From Pseudidiomarina andamanensis (lineage in GTDB: Bacteria > Pseudomonadota > Gammaproteobacteria > Enterobacterales > Alteromonadaceae), in the NCBI RefSeq assembly GCF_009734345.1, contig NZ_CP032551.1, positions 2,160,001 to 2,192,000 of the forward strand: a DNA stretch of 32,000 bases. Reading direction: 5' to 3'. The position numbers and the translations under genes are program-made. Below, in pieces: positions 27,434 to 32,000 of this stretch. The stretch's first letter is position 1; every line of letters starts with the position of its first letter. The notes under the pieces were generated by a model. That model worked only from the letters and a program-made list of their open reading frames with translations, made no database searches and was not told the DNA's origin.

Positions 27434-27998
27434 TGAACTCGTTTTAGCTTCAGGCTCGCCGCGTCGCCAAGAGTTGCTAAAGTTACTCGACAGGCCGTTT
27501 ACAGTGGTGGTACCAAACGTACCAGAAGAGCGTGCGCCCAACGAATCAGCCAGAGCTTATGTGAAGCGTCTAGCGCTGAGCAAAGCACAAGCTGGCGCTA
27601 CGTTAGCGCGGGCAAATAGTCTCGTGCTGGGAGCCGACACCGTAGTGGTTTGCGACAACGACGTTCTCGAAAAACCAAACGATTATGGTCACTTTGTTGC
27701 CATGATGAAGCGTCTTTCAGGACGAAGCCATTTAGCAATCACAGCGATCGCTGCGGTACTGAATGAAAAAGAAGATGTGGTGGTAAGCCAAGCAAAGGTA
27801 ACGTTTAAAGCCCTTAACGACGAAGAAATTGATCATTATTGGCAATCGGGCGAGCCGCAAGATAAAGCCGGCGGCTATGGTATTCAAGGGCGAGCATCGA
27901 AGTTTGTGACTCATCTTGAGGGTAGTTACTTTGCGGTTGTTGGTTTACCGATGTATGAAACTGAACAACTTATTCTGACTATGGAGGGGCGCGTATGA
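27423..27998 (+). CDS. maf: Maf/YhdE nucleoside-triphosphate pyrophosphatase
   Basis: LASGSPRRQELL, VLGADTVV, LEKP, LSGRSH, DKAGGYGIQG and GSYFAVVGLP match E. coli YhdE. An apparent TTG start at 27423 overlaps the mreD end. Confidence 0.9.
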   Translation: MFANELVLASGSPRRQELLKLLDRPFTVVVPNVPEERAPNESARAYVKRLALSKAQAGATLARANSLVLGADTVVVCDNDVLEKPNDYGHFVAMMKRLSGRSHLAITAIAAVLNEKEDVVVSQAKVTFKALNDEEIDHYWQSGEPQDKAGGYGIQGRASKFVTHLEGSYFAVVGLPMYETEQLILTMEGRV

Positions 27999-29464
27999 GT
28001 GCAGAAATCTTGATGAACGTGACGCCCACCGAAACCCGCGTTGCATTAATTGAAAATGGCATTTTGCAAGAAATTCATATCGAACGCCAAGCGAAACGCG
28101 GCTTCGTCGGCAATATTTATGTTGGCAAAGTCTCGCGCGTACTACCCGGTATGCAGGCAGCGTTTATTGATATTGGCTTAGATAAAGCCGCGTTTTTGCA
28201 TGCGTCAGATATCGTCACACAACTCGAACAAGCTGAGGGCATTGCTCGCGGCACCATGCCGGCTGCAGATATTGCCCAGTTGGTTCGCCCCGGGCAAAAA
28301 ATCTTGGTGCAAGTGGTTAAAGATCCGCTTGGTACCAAAGGTGCGCGATTGACGACAGATATCACGATTCCATCACGCTATATGGTGCTGATGCCGCAAT
28401 CACCACACGTGGGTATTTCACAACGCATTGAAGATGAGAAAGAGCGAAATCGGCTGAAGCAAGCGGCGATGCCTTATTGTGATGAAGAAGGCGGTTTCAT
28501 TGTTCGTACTGCAGCTGAAGGCGCAAGTGATGATGAATTGCAACGTGATGCGAAGTTTTTGCGGCGTCTATGGGATACCATTCAAAAACGCCGCAAAGGG
28601 ATGCGTAACATCGGCTTGGTCTATGAAGATCTGAATCTCTCTTGCCGCATCCTAAGGGATTTTGTCGGTGAGCAAATTGAGCGCATTCGTGTCGATTCGC
28701 GTGTTACCTTCGATTTGCTGAGTGAATTCGTTAAAGAGTTTATTCCAGAGCTGAGTAATGCCTTGGAATATTACGCTGGAGAGCGTCCAATATTCGACAT
28801 GTTCGACGTGGAGAATGAAGTACAGCGCGCACTTGATCGTAAGGTAGAGCTGAAATCTGGCGGTTCAATTATTATCGATCAAACTGAAGCAATGACCACC
28901 ATAGATATTAATACTGGTGGTTTTGTTGGACACCGAAACTTAGAAGAGACAATTTTTAATACCAACATTGAAGCCACGCAAGCCATTGCGCGGCAACTGC
29001 GATTACGTAACTTAGGCGGCATCATCATTATCGATTTTATTGATATGCAAAACGCCGACCATCGTCGTCGCGTATTACACAGTCTTGAGCAAGCACTTGG
29101 AAAAGATCGGGCGAAAACTTCCATTAACGGCTTTACCTCGCTGGGTTTAGTTGAAATGACACGGAAACGCACCCGCGAAAGTTTAGAGCATGTACTATGC
29201 TCAGAATGTCCAGTGTGCGGTGGACGCGGCTCAATGAAGACAGTTGAAACGGTGTGTTATGAAGTCATGCGTGAAATTGTTCGAGTCAATCGCGCGTATG
29301 CAGCTGATCACTTTATGGTTTATGCCTCAACAGCAGTGGCCGATATGCTACTTAATGAAGAATCGCATGCGTTAGCTGAGCTCGAAGTATTTATTGGTAA
29401 ACAAGTGAAAGTACTGGTTGAGCCGCTTTATAACCAAGAGCAGTTTGACGTGGTAATGATGTAA
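27995..29464 (+). CDS. rng: Ribonuclease G
   Basis: MSAEILMNVTPTETRVALIENGILQEIHIERQAKRGFVGNIYVGKVSRVLPGMQAAFIDIGLDKAAFLHASDI is nearly co-linear with E. coli Rng. The S1 domain plus the RNase E/G catalytic core (IIIDQTEAMTTIDINTG, IIIIDFIDM) are present. The protein is 489 aa, and the start shares an ATGA overlap with maf. Confidence 0.97.
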   Translation: MSAEILMNVTPTETRVALIENGILQEIHIERQAKRGFVGNIYVGKVSRVLPGMQAAFIDIGLDKAAFLHASDIVTQLEQAEGIARGTMPAADIAQLVRPGQKILVQVVKDPLGTKGARLTTDITIPSRYMVLMPQSPHVGISQRIEDEKERNRLKQAAMPYCDEEGGFIVRTAAEGASDDELQRDAKFLRRLWDTIQKRRKGMRNIGLVYEDLNLSCRILRDFVGEQIERIRVDSRVTFDLLSEFVKEFIPELSNALEYYAGERPIFDMFDVENEVQRALDRKVELKSGGSIIIDQTEAMTTIDINTGGFVGHRNLEETIFNTNIEATQAIARQLRLRNLGGIIIIDFIDMQNADHRRRVLHSLEQALGKDRAKTSINGFTSLGLVEMTRKRTRESLEHVLCSECPVCGGRGSMKTVETVCYEVMREIVRVNRAYAADHFMVYASTAVADMLLNEESHALAELEVFIGKQVKVLVEPLYNQEQFDVVMM

Positions 29465-29466
29465 CT

Positions 29467-32000
29467 ATGGCGGGTAAGGCGTTTGGGTTTGTATACCGGA
29501 CTTTACTTTACACCATGGCAACTGCTCTGGTGCTTTTTGCGCTGCTTATCAGTGGGCTGCGTTACTTATTGCCACAACTTCCAGACGTCACGGAACAAGT
29601 TGAGCAATTTCTTGCGAATAATTACGCGATAGAAGTATCGCTAGCGCAAATAAGTGCAGATTGGGGAACCAGTGGCCCTGAACTCATTTTGCATGAACTG
29701 ACTGTGCGTCCCGATTTAACCAAAGCGACACGTGTAGAAATTGAACAGGCTCGAGTCAATATAAACTTTTGGGCTAGTGCGCGCACATTAAGCGTGCAGT
29801 TTGAGCGAGTGCAGTTAGAAGCTATGCGTTTGCATTATGATTTACGCGATAGCTACGGTAAAAACTCCGAGAATACCTTTCGTCTTTCCGACAATTTAAT
29901 GGAGCTGTTGCTCGACCAACTCGACTATATTCAAGTGTCTGATAGCAAACTTGAACTGGTTAACTTAGTGGGTGTTACTCGCGCAATTGATATCAACGAA
30001 TTGCGTTGGATGAATCAACAACAACGTCACCAAGGTGTAGGTAAACTAGCTTTTTCCGAAGTGTCGGACAATACCCTCGATATTATTATCGATGTGCAAG
30101 GTTCTGATAAACGATCTCTTAGCGGACAGGTTTATGTTGCCGCTTCAAAGCTCGATATTACGCCGTGGGTTCAGCAACAAATTATCGACACTGAAATTAA
30201 GACAGCACAGTTCAATTACAACTTATGGCTGAACTTCAAACAAAATCAGTTCACCGACGGCTTGCTGCAATTGGGTGAGCAGGCGTTGGTATGGGAAGTA
30301 AATGAACAACGCCATCAATTACGAATACCTCAGGGAGAATTAAAATTAAGACCCTATCAAGATGGTTGGCGCGTCAACTCTAACCCATTAACCATTGAAC
30401 ATAATCAGCGTAGTTGGACTTTACCGACTTTTAGTTGGGAGCAGACGCCAACATCGACGGCGGTAAGCGCAGATGACTTACCATTAGCGCCAATGCTGGA
30501 ATTGCTGAATCTTTTTGGTAGCCAAGGAGTTCAGGTCAGTGAGCAGTTGGCTGAGCGAAATACTCAAGGTTTAATTGATGTTGTTTACGAAAGTAACCTT
30601 GACGCTGGTGCTCGTTGGTTTGCGCAAGGTGAAGCGTTAAGTTGGGGACAGTTTGGTGGTGTTCCGGGTCTTAGTAACGTCAATTTGCGAGTCAGTGGAA
30701 TTGATAACCAGCTGAATTGGCAGCTCGATGGCACGGATGCAACTTTTATCAGCCGGGCTTTAGATTACGATGACCCATGGCCGCTTCCGAGAGTTGATCT
30801 TTCGGGAGAGTTCCGGTGGCAGAGCGATGGTCAATGGACCTTACGTGTCGCACCGCAGAGTGAACTGCATCTTGAAGGATTGCAAATTGGGCTGACCGCA
30901 ACGATCACGCCTTCAGAGAACTCGGTTTACGTTAACGCTCGAGCTCAAAGCCTAAACTCAGAACCGATTGATGCGGAAGTACTTAGACGCCATTTACCTG
31001 TGGTTATGGGAGATAATCTTCACGATTATTTACTGGTCGCAATTCAAGATGGCCAAGCGCAAGATTTAGCGATGGTTTGGCGGGGTAACGTAGACCAATT
31101 TCCATATCATGACAACCAAGGGTTGTTCGAAGCACGAACGCGCATTAAGAGTTTAAATTATAAATTTCAGCCGAACTGGCGACCGATTTTCGATGCGACA
31201 GCAGTGGTTAATTTCCGTAATGAACGAATGCACATCACTGCTGAAGACGGACTTCTTGGAAATGTCGAGGTAGTGCGCGCAGATGTTGTTCTACCAGACC
31301 TTCTTGGTGGCGCAGATGCATTTCTAGATATATCAGCTAAAGTTTCCGGCAACGCCAATGAATTAAAACCGATTTTTGATGATAGTCCCTTAGCTAAAAG
31401 CTTAGGTGCGACGTTTGCTGAAATTCAACTAAGTGGACCGATCTCGAGTGACCTTCAGCTAACCATTCCATTGGGGGCATCAGCTGAAGTTGTGGCCGAG
31501 GGCCATGCTGAGCTTAACGATATTGATATGTATGTGCGCAGCCTCAAAGAGACCTTCCGAAATGTTAGCGGCCGCGTGAATTTTCGTAATGATGTCATCA
31601 CTGCACCTGAGTTATTGATGACATGGCGGGGGTTTCCAGTACAAGCGGCTTTAGATAGTCGTCAACGTGAAGAAGATTATTTCGTAGAAGTTGCGGCGTC
31701 TGGTGAATGGCGTCTTGATGAATTTGCGCCGCTTACCAATGGTGATATGCCGTGGCAAGCGGACTTTAATTTGAGTTTACCGCAACAGGGTGGCTATTCA
31801 TTTCGCTGGCAGCAAACAGCTGACTTGAAGGCGGTTGCCATGAATCTTCCTCCACCATTGACTAAAGTCGCAGAGCAGGAAGAACTATTGGAGCTTATTG
31901 TATCGGGAAGCCGCGATAGTATTCTGGTGAATGCCGAACTTGGCGATAGAGCCATGCTGGAACTTCAGTTTGATGGCACTGCTGAAGTGCTGCAATCGGG
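29467..32000 (+). CDS. yhdP: YhdP (AsmA-like large envelope protein), 5' fragment continuing beyond the window
   Basis: The ATG at 29467 lies 2 nt after the rng stop, and the frame stays open to the window end (844 codons). There is an N-terminal TM helix (LYTMATALVLFALLISGL). The internal segment DYLLVAIQDGQAQDLAMVWRGNVDQFPYHDNQGLFEARTRIKSLNYKFQPNW parallels the E. coli YhdP segment DYLSGAIQGGEADNATLVYGGNPQLFPYKHNEGQFEV...FAFQPDW. The mreBCD-yhdE-rng-yhdP order is conserved. Confidence 0.88.
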   Translation, partial: MAGKAFGFVYRTLLYTMATALVLFALLISGLRYLLPQLPDVTEQVEQFLANNYAIEVSLAQISADWGTSGPELILHELTVRPDLTKATRVEIEQARVNINFWASARTLSVQFERVQLEAMRLHYDLRDSYGKNSENTFRLSDNLMELLLDQLDYIQVSDSKLELVNLVGVTRAIDINELRWMNQQQRHQGVGKLAFSEVSDNTLDIIIDVQGSDKRSLSGQVYVAASKLDITPWVQQQIIDTEIKTAQFNYNLWLNFKQNQFTDGLLQLGEQALVWEVNEQRHQLRIPQGELKLRPYQDGWRVNSNPLTIEHNQRSWTLPTFSWEQTPTSTAVSADDLPLAPMLELLNLFGSQGVQVSEQLAERNTQGLIDVVYESNLDAGARWFAQGEALSWGQFGGVPGLSNVNLRVSGIDNQLNWQLDGTDATFISRALDYDDPWPLPRVDLSGEFRWQSDGQWTLRVAPQSELHLEGLQIGLTATITPSENSVYVNARAQSLNSEPIDAEVLRRHLPVVMGDNLHDYLLVAIQDGQAQDLAMVWRGNVDQFPYHDNQGLFEARTRIKSLNYKFQPNWRPIFDATAVVNFRNERMHITAEDGLLGNVEVVRADVVLPDLLGGADAFLDISAKVSGNANELKPIFDDSPLAKSLGATFAEIQLSGPISSDLQLTIPLGASAEVVAEGHAELNDIDMYVRSLKETFRNVSGRVNFRNDVITAPELLMTWRGFPVQAALDSRQREEDYFVEVAASGEWRLDEFAPLTNGDMPWQADFNLSLPQQGGYSFRWQQTADLKAVAMNLPPPLTKVAEQEELLELIVSGSRDSILVNAELGDRAMLELQFDGTAEVLQS

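Overview
This is a chromosomal segment of a gammaproteobacterium. Gene content and order resemble marine Vibrionales or Alteromonadales, but that placement is inference only. I support 27 protein-coding genes and see no rRNA, tRNA, CRISPR array, transposase, integrase or phage genes. The core (7783..24942) is a complete MSHA-type (mannose-sensitive haemagglutinin) type IVa pilus locus. It comprises a tightly coupled assembly operon, mshI-I2-J-K-L-M-N-E-G, on the + strand, followed by the pilin genes mshB and mshA. The minor-pilin and adhesin block mshD-O-P-Q lies on the opposite strand, and a lone + strand pilin gene is provisionally called mshC. Directly downstream is the conserved cell-shape block mreB-mreC-mreD-maf-rng-yhdP, with yhdP running off the 3' edge. 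Upstream are a PAS-GGDEF(degenerate)-EAL protein, an atypical adenosine-deaminase-family gene divergent from tdk, a GAF-PAS-PAS-GAF-GGDEF diguanylate cyclase, and pyrC. I do not find convincing evidence for a wholly new system. The points most worth follow-up are listed here. (1) The strand and order of mshDOPQ relative to mshC differ from the co-linear mshBACDOPQ arrangement I recall from Vibrio cholerae. (2) MshQ is a 1316-aa protein with a beta-helix-like repeat N-terminus and a poly-proline hinge. (3) A textbook tandem c-di-GMP-binding motif in MshE sits near a cyclase and a phosphodiesterase-type gene. (4) The adenosine-deaminase homologue has a TDN motif where TDD is expected. (5) A short repeat family is restricted to intergenic DNA. 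All domain calls come from motifs read by eye; no searches were run.
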